The notes: generated by a model from the sequence alone, not told the origin. DNA of 46,430 nt from Candidatus Nomurabacteria bacterium (GCA_052035195.1 JBPOHU010000006.1:1-46430); one strand, 5' to 3'; counted from the stretch's first letter, positions 36,464 through 44,488 are shown. Numbers and translations are program-made.

Positions 36464-37018
36464 TTAAATATTCCTCAACATCAACTCTGGCTTGCCGGCG
36501 TTTTGTTCTTGACCAAAATCAATAGAAAGGCTTTTTATAAATTCTCTTATTTCCTTTTTTGTCTCTGACACCTTATCATCTGGTACTTCTTTTAGCTTTT
36601 CTATTTCCATAAAAAGACCTAAATCTTTCACATCTTCCAAAACTATCTCATACTCATCCGTCATATACGTATGCTTTTCGTTATCTATACGAACCAGCTC
36701 TTTCAATCCAAGTTTATCTACTATATGCATCATAGTTTCAAAATCTTTGAACCCTGTCTCATATTCATCAGAGTGTGACCATTCTTCTCCTTCAAAATAG
36801 TCTACTTTGTAAGCGATGGTATTCTTGCCATCCTTTTGGCGTATTCGAAAACAAGCATTAAGCCTACCTTCGCTATTTGCTTGTAAATCAGTACGAAGTG
36901 GATCATAGAAATAAATATCCAGAGTCTTTTTTATTCCTTCAAACTGAAAAGCCCCCAAAGCTTTCAACGCTTCTTCTTTACTACTTTTAACCTCAATAAG
37001 AATTTCTATTTCTTTCAT
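36464..37018 (-). CDS. CYTH-domain protein (class IV adenylate cyclase / triphosphate tunnel metalloenzyme family)
   Basis: N-terminal KEIEILIEVK (ExExK-like), alternating acidic/basic beta strands (FRIRQKDG, YEIVLEDVKDLGLFMEIE), about 180 aa. Confidence 0.75.
   Translation of the reverse strand: MKEIEILIEVKSSKEEALKALGAFQFEGIKKTLDIYFYDPLRTDLQANSEGRLNACFRIRQKDGKNTIAYKVDYFEGEEWSHSDEYETGFKDFETMMHIVDKLGLKELVRIDNEKHTYMTDEYEIVLEDVKDLGLFMEIEKLKEVPDDKVSETKKEIREFIKSLSIDFGQEQNAGKPELMLRNI
36481..36547. repeat. Direct repeat copy B: the functional 3' end of the CYTH gene
   Basis: Encodes the C-terminal ...SIDFGQEQNAGKPELMLRNI. See copy A at 35350-35416. Confidence 0.85.
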
Positions 37019-37031
37019 AACATAAATCTAT

Positions 37032-38087
37032 TTAAACTTTTGAAAGTTTTCTCAAAAGAACCTTATATTTATTTATAAAATCACTACTAGTAAAGCTGGT
37101 CATATCATAAAAAACATCACTATCGATACCTCCTTTCGTAGGATTTAATTCAAGATCTTCTCTTATTGATTTAATAAGTCCTTTTTCTATTTCTTGCCCT
37201 TCAGAAACAGTATCTGGTATCACTCTTTTAGAAGTTAAAATTCTTCTTGAGGTATAACCCAAGAAAGACCTAGTGAAGATTATTCTTTGTACACGACCAT
37301 TCTCTAGTAACTCACAACCAAAATGGCTTAATATCTGTTTCAATTTTTTTAAAGTCACAGACCTTTCCCCCTTTTTAAGCACTTTACTATTATCATGAAT
37401 CCATTTTGCTAGAGCGTATATTTCTGCATCCATATAAAGAGAAGTCTCTTCAACCAACTTATGATCAGCCAATCTTAGAGATGTTTTAAATAGATCATCT
37501 TCGTTACAATCTAAACAAATATTATGTCTATCTAAAAAAACCAACATTGATACCATTGCTGTTCTTTTATTCCCGTTATGAAAAGCATGGTTATGAGTTA
37601 GCGCGTACATTAAAGCAGCCGCAGAAGACTCTACAGTGGGATACTTACTTTTATTTTCGTAAGAGGTTGTGGCGTGAAAAATTGCACTATCTAAAAGAGT
37701 TTCGTCTTTTACTCCCGAAGGCTCTATTGGATCATCATAAGTGCTAAAATCAAGCACTAATTCTTCATAAATTTTTAACACTTCTTCTTTAGTTAAAAAA
37801 TTAATTGAAGAGATGACTTTCCCTACAGAAGAAAAATCTTGATCCTTTATAACAACCTCGGGCTTTCTCGTAGAAACCTCAGTTAGCCTGGATATTTTGA
37901 TATTTTTTAGCTTTGAATCAATAATTCTCTTTACGATTAAATAATCTTTATTTTTAATAGCACTATTTTCATTCTTTAGATAATCAAATTTTGTACGAGA
38001 AAAATCCCAAAGAACAACAAGTAGTTCTACTGGGTCAAGTTTATGATTACGTGCAATATTTTTTAAAATCCTTTTATGAGATATCAT
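37032..38087 (-). CDS. Doc-type Fic-family protein with N- and C-terminal extra domains
   Basis: HAFHNGNKRTAM matches the Doc variant of the Fic motif, Hx Fx[D/N][A/G]NKR. At 351 aa it is much longer than the roughly 125 aa of classic Doc. The C-terminal KLKQILSHFGCELLENG...RVIPDT...GLIKSIREDL loosely resembles HicA/YcfA. Confidence 0.7.
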   Translation of the reverse strand: MISHKRILKNIARNHKLDPVELLVVLWDFSRTKFDYLKNENSAIKNKDYLIVKRIIDSKLKNIKISRLTEVSTRKPEVVIKDQDFSSVGKVISSINFLTKEEVLKIYEELVLDFSTYDDPIEPSGVKDETLLDSAIFHATTSYENKSKYPTVESSAAALMYALTHNHAFHNGNKRTAMVSMLVFLDRHNICLDCNEDDLFKTSLRLADHKLVEETSLYMDAEIYALAKWIHDNSKVLKKGERSVTLKKLKQILSHFGCELLENGRVQRIIFTRSFLGYTSRRILTSKRVIPDTVSEGQEIEKGLIKSIREDLELNPTKGGIDSDVFYDMTSFTSSDFINKYKVLLRKLSKV

Positions 38088-38119
38088 TTCGGCAACTTTT
38101 TAATATTACTATTTTCTTG

Positions 38120-38190
38120 CTGCCTGACAGGGACTCGAACCCCAATAGTTGGTACCAGAAACCAAAGTCCTACCATTAGACGATCAGGCA
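38120..38190 (-). tRNA. tRNA-Gln (anticodon CUG); CCA not encoded
   Basis: Manual cloverleaf: acceptor TGCCTGA/TCAGGCA, D arm GTCT-AATGGTA-GGAC, anticodon arm TTGGT-TTCTGGT-ACCAA, T arm TGGGG-TTCGAGT-CCCTG, discriminator G. Confidence 0.85.
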
Positions 38191-38202
38191 ATTTACTACG
38201 TC

Positions 38203-38231
38203 ACTATAGCGAAAATAGGTCTTTTATTCAA
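38203..38231 (-). promoter_or_regulatory. Promoter TTGAAT-17-TATAGT driving tRNA-Gln and, with no intervening terminator, the downstream cassette
   Basis: -35 at 38226-38231 and -10 at 38203-38208, 12 nt before the tRNA 5' end. Confidence 0.5.
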
Positions 38232-38233
38232 GC

Positions 38234-38263
38234 ATAGAAAAAAGGCTGCATTACTGCAGCCTT
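38234..38263 (-). terminator. Intrinsic terminator after the 209-aa ORF
   Basis: aaggctgca-ttac-tgcagcctt followed on the minus strand by TTTTCT. Confidence 0.65.
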
Positions 38264-38268
38264 AATAA

Positions 38269-38898
38269 TTAACCTAAAATTTCTCTGAACCTTGAAAGGG
38301 TTCTTATCACCGGAAACCCCGTTTTAAATTCAAATTCTTTTTTAAAAAAAACAATTTTAGATCGAACACTAGGATCTTCTTTGTGAAAATCAGTTTCATC
38401 GTAAGAATAATGTTCTTTTATGCCTTTTATAGATTGAATAATCCTTATGCAAACATGTCTTGAAAAATAAAAATCATTTGCAACAAAAGACATCTGCAGA
38501 AGCCCCATAAGCTGATAGTCTGTTAAGGGGCGATAGGCCTTACCGTTAGGCCATATTTGCTTAACGATATTTTCTACATCACACACATAACCCTTTCTTG
38601 TTTTTGTAGAATAAAAAGCAGAAAAACTTCTCTTACCAACCTTAAAAACAACAGACCAAAGTTCATCGCTATAAATCCTTCCAACAGAAATAACTTCTAC
38701 GTTACGGATTTTTTGTTTAAAATATTTTTCTAAGAAAAATACTCCGAGGCCAGGAATGGTTTGACCGAGCCTTAATCCGTCAATAATAAGTTCTTCACGA
38801 TTAGGACCTCCGTCAATCGAACGAAAATAAGTCCTATCAAGTCTTTCTAATGGTTTTTTTCCAGCTCTGTGGAAAATAAAAAAAAGATTGAGATTCAT
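38269..38898 (-). CDS. Hypothetical 209-aa protein
   Basis: Clean ORF with its own terminator and a leader of about 100 nt. No recognisable domain. Confidence 0.55.
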   Translation of the reverse strand: MNLNLFFIFHRAGKKPLERLDRTYFRSIDGGPNREELIIDGLRLGQTIPGLGVFFLEKYFKQKIRNVEVISVGRIYSDELWSVVFKVGKRSFSAFYSTKTRKGYVCDVENIVKQIWPNGKAYRPLTDYQLMGLLQMSFVANDFYFSRHVCIRIIQSIKGIKEHYSYDETDFHKEDPSVRSKIVFFKKEFEFKTGFPVIRTLSRFREILG

Positions 38899-39036
38899 AA
38901 AAAATTATTTAAGTACACCTCTTAGGGATGAAGGAAGAGGTACCCTTCGTTACTCTTACGAGCCACCATGCATACACACGGAATTTGATTTAAAGAGATA
39001 CTATATTTTATGAATTCTATTGTCAACAAACACCTA

Positions 39037-40161
39037 TTAGCTTCTCACATCCGCCCCGATAGCTTCACTGATATTATTAAAACCATCCTTTGCTAGAAGC
39101 TTTGCTAGGCCTTGATTTATCTCTCCTATCACTTGCGGACCCTGGTAAACCATACCAGTGATGAGCTGTACTAGTGTTGCGCCACTGCGAAACTTTCTAT
39201 AAGCATCTTGTGCATTAAATACTCCTCCGACGCCGATAAGTACAAACCGATCGCTATAATTTTTATAAGCAAATTTAAGTAGTTCGTTGGCTTTCTCTTC
39301 TAGAGGTTTACCGCTGAAGTTACCAGCACCAGCGCAGGATATTTCGTCTGGATGAAAGTGAGGATTGGCTCTGTCTTTGGCAAGATTTGAAAGTATCAAA
39401 CCTCGAACAAAAGAAAATTCTTTGGCTACTTCTATCAGAGAGTGCAAACCTTCTTCTGTTCTCTCAAGTGGCATCTTGATAAAGACTGGTCGAGACAAAG
39501 ACACTTGTGCTAAACGAGTGAGAGCTTCTCGGAGTCCGCCAGGCTCTGCCAAGCGCTCTGTCAGGAGCTTCACGTTGCGAAGGTTGGGACAACTAATATT
39601 GAGTTCAAAATAATCAAAGTGAGGACACTTATCTGCTTGTTCAAAACCAGAGATCAAGTTCTCAAGCATTTGTTCATAAGTATCATATGCTTTGTTGGTT
39701 ACTCCGACACTCACTCCTCGTACAGCTCTACCATCTTTGGGATTTAAATTTGATAATACTTTTGTTATGCCTTCATTTTTAAATCCTTTGTTAACTAAAA
39801 GAGCGCGAGACTTGGGAAGTCTGCCTAGCATCGGAGCAGGATTACCTTGATAAGCTTCGAGAGTAAGTGTCCCAATAGTATGAAAACCAAAGCCAACACT
39901 TGGGAGTATATTTACCAAGTCAGCATTGTAGTCAAAGCCGGCAGAGAGTCCGATAGGATTTTTGAAATACATACCAGAGACAACTTGATTTAGCACTTTG
40001 TTGTCATAACCCCAAAGAATTTTGGTCAAAGCTCTCACAGGACGGAACTTCCCTAGTATTTTTCCCACTCGAAGAAAAAGATGGTGCACGTCATCAGCTG
40101 GAAAAAGAAAGAGTATAGGCTTTACAATAAACCTATAAATAATACCCGTCACAAACTTCAT
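39037..40161 (-). CDS. pyrD: Dihydroorotate dehydrogenase (class-2-like architecture)
   Basis: FKNPIGLSAGFD, NKGFKNEG, ELNISCPN, GNFSGKPL and LIGVGGV, plus an N-terminal hydrophobic extension like that of the quinone-dependent enzymes. Confidence 0.88.
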   Translation of the reverse strand: MKFVTGIIYRFIVKPILFLFPADDVHHLFLRVGKILGKFRPVRALTKILWGYDNKVLNQVVSGMYFKNPIGLSAGFDYNADLVNILPSVGFGFHTIGTLTLEAYQGNPAPMLGRLPKSRALLVNKGFKNEGITKVLSNLNPKDGRAVRGVSVGVTNKAYDTYEQMLENLISGFEQADKCPHFDYFELNISCPNLRNVKLLTERLAEPGGLREALTRLAQVSLSRPVFIKMPLERTEEGLHSLIEVAKEFSFVRGLILSNLAKDRANPHFHPDEISCAGAGNFSGKPLEEKANELLKFAYKNYSDRFVLIGVGGVFNAQDAYRKFRSGATLVQLITGMVYQGPQVIGEINQGLAKLLAKDGFNNISEAIGADVRS

Positions 40162-40184
40162 AAATATATTATATACCTATGATT

Positions 40185-41843
40185 TTATTTTTTCTTTTGT
40201 TTTGTTGATATAGAAGCTTTTATAAAACCTGTAAAGAGAGGATGAGGAGACAAGGGTCTAGCTTGGAACTCTGGATGAAACTGGCAACCGACGAAAAATG
40301 GATGGTTTTCGGCTGGAAGCTCAGTTATTTCCATAAGGGTGCCATCAGGCGAAACCCCCGAGAAAACGAGCCCTTTGGCCTCTAAACGCTCTATAAATAG
40401 CGGATTGACCTCGTAGCGGTGTCTATGACGCTCGAGTATCTGGTCGGCCTTGTAGAGGCCCTTGGCGATGGAACCCTTTTTGAGATAACACTCATATGAG
40501 CCAAGTCTCATAGAGCCTCCGTACTCTTCTTTTTTGAGCTTTTCTTTTTGAGAGTCCATGACATCTATCACGCACTCACTGCTCTTGGGATTAAGTTCGC
40601 GAGATGTAGCGCCTTTGATACCGGCGACGTGACGAGCGTATTCTATAACTGCAAGCTGCATACCATAACAAAGTCCCAAGTATGGAATCTTGTTTTTGCG
40701 CACGTATTCTATAGCCAAGATTTTTCCTTCTATTCCTCGACTACCAAATCCGCCTGGTACTACTACCCCATCATAACTCTTGAGCTTGGATACTGACTTT
40801 GCGTTCTTCTCAAACTCTATAGCATTGACCCATTCGATCACTGGCTTTTTGCCTAGTGCATAAGAAGAGTATTTGATAGCTTCAATCACAGATAGATATG
40901 AATCAGTGAGAGTAAAGGCACCAGTATCAAAATATTTGCCAACTATTGCAATACGTACTTCGTCTTTTGATTTGTGAATAACAGAAACCATTTTTTTCCA
41001 AGCATTTGCAGTATCTGGCTTCTTATTTGGGAACTTGATATGCAAAAGCTTTGCCAGCATTTTCGACAAACCTTCTTTTTCAAAATTTATAGGAATATCA
41101 TAAATACTATCTATATCTGGAGCAGAGATGACTTGGTCCTTTGGAACATTACAGAAAAATGAAATCTTCTCTTTTCTTTTATCATCTAGTGGTTCATTAC
41201 TTCGAGCAATAATTATGTCAGGCTGAATACCAGAAGCGTTGAGTGTGCGAACTGAGTGTTGAGTTGGCTTTGTTTTCATTTCTCCTATCTTCGATGGAGT
41301 TGGTAAATAAGAAACTATAACAAATCTCACACTATCTGGATCTCGAAGTTTGAGAATACGCGCTGCTTCAAGGAATAAAATATTTTCATACTCTCCTACT
41401 GTTCCACCTATTTCTATCACTGTTACTTCTGCATTTGCTTCCTTTTGTGCGCGCTCAATACGCCCTACTATTTCAAGAGGTATATGAGGCACGACTTGTA
41501 CACAGGCGCCTTTGTATTTGAGAGCCCGTTCATTTTCAATAACGCTCAAGTACACTCGCCCTGTAGTCATGTAGTTGATACGAGTGAGTTCAACACCCAA
41601 GAAACGTTCATAGTTTCCCATGTCTTGATCGCATTCGTCACCGTCTTTGGTCACAAAGACTTCTCCGTGTTCTGTAGGATTCATAGTCCCAGCATCAATG
41701 TTGACGTAAGGGTCTATTTTGATAGCTGTTACCCGGACTCCATTGTCTTGGAGTATCTTTGCAAGAGAGGAGGCTGTTATCCCTTTTCCGACTCCGGAAA
41801 TGACACCTCCTACCACAAAGATGTACTTAGGGATAACTTTCAT
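40185..41843 (-). CDS. pyrG: CTP synthase
   Basis: YIFVVGGVISGVGKGI, DPYVNIDAGTMNP, the GATase domain GLCYGMQLA, and HRHRYEVN. Confidence 0.97.
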   Translation of the reverse strand: MKVIPKYIFVVGGVISGVGKGITASSLAKILQDNGVRVTAIKIDPYVNIDAGTMNPTEHGEVFVTKDGDECDQDMGNYERFLGVELTRINYMTTGRVYLSVIENERALKYKGACVQVVPHIPLEIVGRIERAQKEANAEVTVIEIGGTVGEYENILFLEAARILKLRDPDSVRFVIVSYLPTPSKIGEMKTKPTQHSVRTLNASGIQPDIIIARSNEPLDDKRKEKISFFCNVPKDQVISAPDIDSIYDIPINFEKEGLSKMLAKLLHIKFPNKKPDTANAWKKMVSVIHKSKDEVRIAIVGKYFDTGAFTLTDSYLSVIEAIKYSSYALGKKPVIEWVNAIEFEKNAKSVSKLKSYDGVVVPGGFGSRGIEGKILAIEYVRKNKIPYLGLCYGMQLAVIEYARHVAGIKGATSRELNPKSSECVIDVMDSQKEKLKKEEYGGSMRLGSYECYLKKGSIAKGLYKADQILERHRHRYEVNPLFIERLEAKGLVFSGVSPDGTLMEITELPAENHPFFVGCQFHPEFQARPLSPHPLFTGFIKASISTKQKKK

Positions 41844-41845
41844 GA

Positions 41846-42769
41846 TCAGACGTTTAGATATTTACGAGCTGCAAAATAACTAGATAATGCTCCAAGAATC
41901 ATACCTACTAGAAGTACAAATCCTCCGATAGAGAAAAGATGTGATACATAATACTGATACAAATTCATTGGCATCAAAGCTCCTATTTGTCTTGTGAGAA
42001 CATAAGTGATAGGTAAAAATAGTAATGTAGTTGCAACCCAAGCAAAGAATCCATAGAGAATACCCTCAACAATAAATGGACCTCGAACATAAGAACTACT
42101 TGCTCCTACAAGTCGCATCACACCTATCTCTTCTCGAGACATATAGATAGTGAGTCGTACTGTTGTGTACATGATGATTATAGAAATGAGAGAGAGTACT
42201 ATAGTTACCCCGAAGCCTCCTTTCTTGGCACTAGCTATCAAAGTATTTAGTCTTTCAATAACGAGTTTGTTTTGAGCAAAGTTTATGCGCTCTATTATTT
42301 GGCTGTTATCTCTAGCTACTTGGCTGTCTCCTTCTAGAAGACTTGCGATAGATTCATACTGAGCTGAGTCCTTGGCTTTGATACGAATAGATCCTCCGAA
42401 AGGATTGCTTCCAAGCTCATCGAGCGCTTGAAGGGTGAGGTAGTCATCTGTGTGTCGATCTCGGAATGCTAGTACTTCTTCATCTGCTGATACATATTCT
42501 ACACTTTGTACTTCTGGTGTTTTTTCGAGTGTGTCTTTAAGTTCTAAAATCTTTTCTTCTGGAGCATCAACTGTGAAATAAACTGCTATATCTACTTTGT
42601 CTTGAAGAGAGACAATCATAGAAGATAGTGATGCATTGAAGAGAAATAGTGCTGTAATAAAAGATAATGTGATAGTAGTCACCAAAACAGAAGCTGAAGA
42701 AACCAAGCCATTTCTCTTGAAATTAGTCCACCCTGATTTAAATACTCTTTTTATTGTTACCCAAAACAT
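41846..42769 (-). CDS. ftsX: Cell-division ABC transporter permease-like protein FtsX
   Basis: 4-TM topology with a large extracytoplasmic loop and MRLVGASSSYVRGPFIVEG. It directly follows ftsE. Confidence 0.85.
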   Translation of the reverse strand: MFWVTIKRVFKSGWTNFKRNGLVSSASVLVTTITLSFITALFLFNASLSSMIVSLQDKVDIAVYFTVDAPEEKILELKDTLEKTPEVQSVEYVSADEEVLAFRDRHTDDYLTLQALDELGSNPFGGSIRIKAKDSAQYESIASLLEGDSQVARDNSQIIERINFAQNKLVIERLNTLIASAKKGGFGVTIVLSLISIIIMYTTVRLTIYMSREEIGVMRLVGASSSYVRGPFIVEGILYGFFAWVATTLLFLPITYVLTRQIGALMPMNLYQYYVSHLFSIGGFVLLVGMILGALSSYFAARKYLNV

Positions 42770-42780
42770 ATATTTATATA

Positions 42781-43461
42781 TTATACCTTGTGACGAGACT
42801 TTTTCTCATCTCCTACTATCCGACCCTTTTCCATTGAGACCATTCTAGATGGTATAGCTTCTATCACCTGCCTATCGTGAGTAGTGAGAATAACAGTAGT
42901 ACCGAGATCGTTAATCTTTTTAAGGATATGAATAACTTCAGCAGTATTATCAGAATCTAAGTTTCCAGTAGGCTCATCAGCTATCAAAATCTCTGGCTGG
43001 TTGATAATAGCGCGAGCAATAGCAAGACGTTGCTTTTCTCCACCTGAGAGCTGGCTTGGGAAGTGATACATACGATCTTGTAAGTCTACGAGAGAGAGAA
43101 CATGTGGGACGTCAGAGACTATTTCTTCATCACTTTTTCCCGCTGCTTCCATAGCAAAAGCTATATTTTCATAAGCTGTTTTATTTGGGAGTAAACGGAA
43201 GTCTTGGAAAACTGTTCCAATACGACGACGCAAACTTGTGAGCTCTGCTTGAGAAAATGTTTGAAGGTCTACATTATCATAAAGAACAGTCCCTTCTGTA
43301 GGATCTTCTTCTCCAGATATAAATTTGGTAAGAGTGGTCTTACCAGCACCAGAAGGACCAACTAGGGTTACAAACTCACCTTTTTCTATTTCAAGGTTTG
43401 CATGCTCTATACCTATTGCTCCGTTAGGAAAAACTTTTGAAACATTTACAAATTGAATCAT
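42781..43461 (-). CDS. ftsE: Cell-division ATP-binding protein FtsE
   Basis: Walker [10 protein letters not shown], signature LSGGEKQR and Walker B ILIADEPT. Confidence 0.9.
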   Translation of the reverse strand: MIQFVNVSKVFPNGAIGIEHANLEIEKGEFVTLVGPSGAGKTTLTKFISGEEDPTEGTVLYDNVDLQTFSQAELTSLRRRIGTVFQDFRLLPNKTAYENIAFAMEAAGKSDEEIVSDVPHVLSLVDLQDRMYHFPSQLSGGEKQRLAIARAIINQPEILIADEPTGNLDSDNTAEVIHILKKINDLGTTVILTTHDRQVIEAIPSRMVSMEKGRIVGDEKKSRHKV

Positions 43462-43490
43462 AACAACAGCTAGTATTATAGCATGTCTAT

Positions 43491-44360
43491 TTATCCTTCA
43501 AGAAAAGGCTCTATATCACCATCTTCTAGCACGGCGTCTACATTGTTCACCTCTACTCCACTTCTATGGTCTTTGACCATTTTGTATGGATGTAATACAT
43601 AAGAGCGGATTTGATTGCCCCAAGTGACTTCAGTAGTTTTAGAAATATACATACCCTGCTCTTTGGCCAAGCGTTCTTCTTCTAATCTTTTAAAGAGTTT
43701 GGCCTTTATCATAGAGAGAGCGACTTCGCGATTTTGCTCTTGGCTTCTTTCGCTTGTAACATGAACTGAAATACCTGTTGGAGTATGCACCATGCGCACT
43801 GCAGTCTCACGCTTATTTACATTTTGACCACCAGGGCCACCAGAGCGAGCAAAAGAAACTTCTAGATCACTCTCTGGTATTTCGATACTTTTATCAGTTT
43901 TTGAAAATTCAGGAATTATTTCTACCATTGCAAAAGAAGTATGTCGCTTGGCATTGGCATTAAATGGCGAGATACGCACAAGACGATGAACACCAGATTC
44001 ATTTTTTAAAATTCCATAAACTCCAGAGCCCTCTATCAGTAGAGTAATATTTCTATATCCTCCATGATCATTTTCATTTTGGTGGAGTATCTTTGTCCTC
44101 CAACCTCTCTTTTCAAAAAACTTGTAGTACATGCGAAGCAACATTCCAGAGAAGTCTTCGGCATCGTCCCCACCTGCTCCTGCAAAAATAGTCATGACTG
44201 CATTACCCTTGTCATATTTATCAGCACCCAAAAGAGAATCCTTGAGCTCTCCAAGCTCTTTGATCATTAGTTGCGCTTTGACTTTGTCAGACCAAAAATC
44301 AGAGTCCGCCATTGCCACTTCTATGTGATTTATTCTTTCTTGTATTTGTTCTTTTTCCAT
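43491..44360 (-). CDS. prfB: Peptide chain release factor 2, with a short domain 1 and no frameshift site
   Basis: SPF tripeptide ([17 protein letters not shown]) and GGQ ([11 protein letters not shown]). I use the ATG at 44360 (MEKEQIQ); the track's upstream ATG at 44369 lies inside the tRNA-Thr acceptor stem. Confidence 0.9.
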   Translation of the reverse strand: MEKEQIQERINHIEVAMADSDFWSDKVKAQLMIKELGELKDSLLGADKYDKGNAVMTIFAGAGGDDAEDFSGMLLRMYYKFFEKRGWRTKILHQNENDHGGYRNITLLIEGSGVYGILKNESGVHRLVRISPFNANAKRHTSFAMVEIIPEFSKTDKSIEIPESDLEVSFARSGGPGGQNVNKRETAVRMVHTPTGISVHVTSERSQEQNREVALSMIKAKLFKRLEEERLAKEQGMYISKTTEVTWGNQIRSYVLHPYKMVKDHRSGVEVNNVDAVLEDGDIEPFLEG

Positions 44361-44361
44361 G

Positions 44362-44434
44362 AGCCACATCCGAGAATCGAACTCGGGACCCCTGCTTTAC
44401 GAAAGCAGTGCTCTACCAACTAAGCTAAAGTGGC
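44362..44434 (-). tRNA. tRNA-Thr (anticodon CGU); CCA not encoded
   Basis: Manual cloverleaf: acceptor GCCACTT/ATGTGGC (one U-U mismatch), D arm GCTT-AGTTGGTA-GAGC, anticodon arm CTGCT-TTCGTAA-AGCAG, T arm CCGAG-TTCGATT-CTCGG, discriminator U. Confidence 0.85.
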
Positions 44435-44488
44435 CTACAATCTTTATATTATTATTTACATCCTACATTATTCACAAATACTTCTCAA

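Noticed and set aside
38088-38268. tRNA-Gln as an integration site of a genomic island (integrase or att repeat).
   Set aside because: No integrase or recombinase gene is in the window, and I found no direct repeat of the tRNA 3' end downstream of the cassette. The island-like character rests only on gene content and the 67-nt scar.
38851-38890. A/T homopolymer runs (7-8 nt) near the 5' end of the 209-aa ORF, and A8 at 20061-20068 in the propeller gene, as phase-variation switches.
   Set aside because: Runs of this length are common throughout this AT-rich sequence, including in housekeeping genes. Without population data there is no support.
44360-44434. An upstream prfB ORF0 with a programmed +1 frameshift.
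   Set aside because: The sequence immediately upstream of the RF2 start folds into a complete tRNA-Thr cloverleaf. No CUU-UGA-type shift site or short leader ORF exists.
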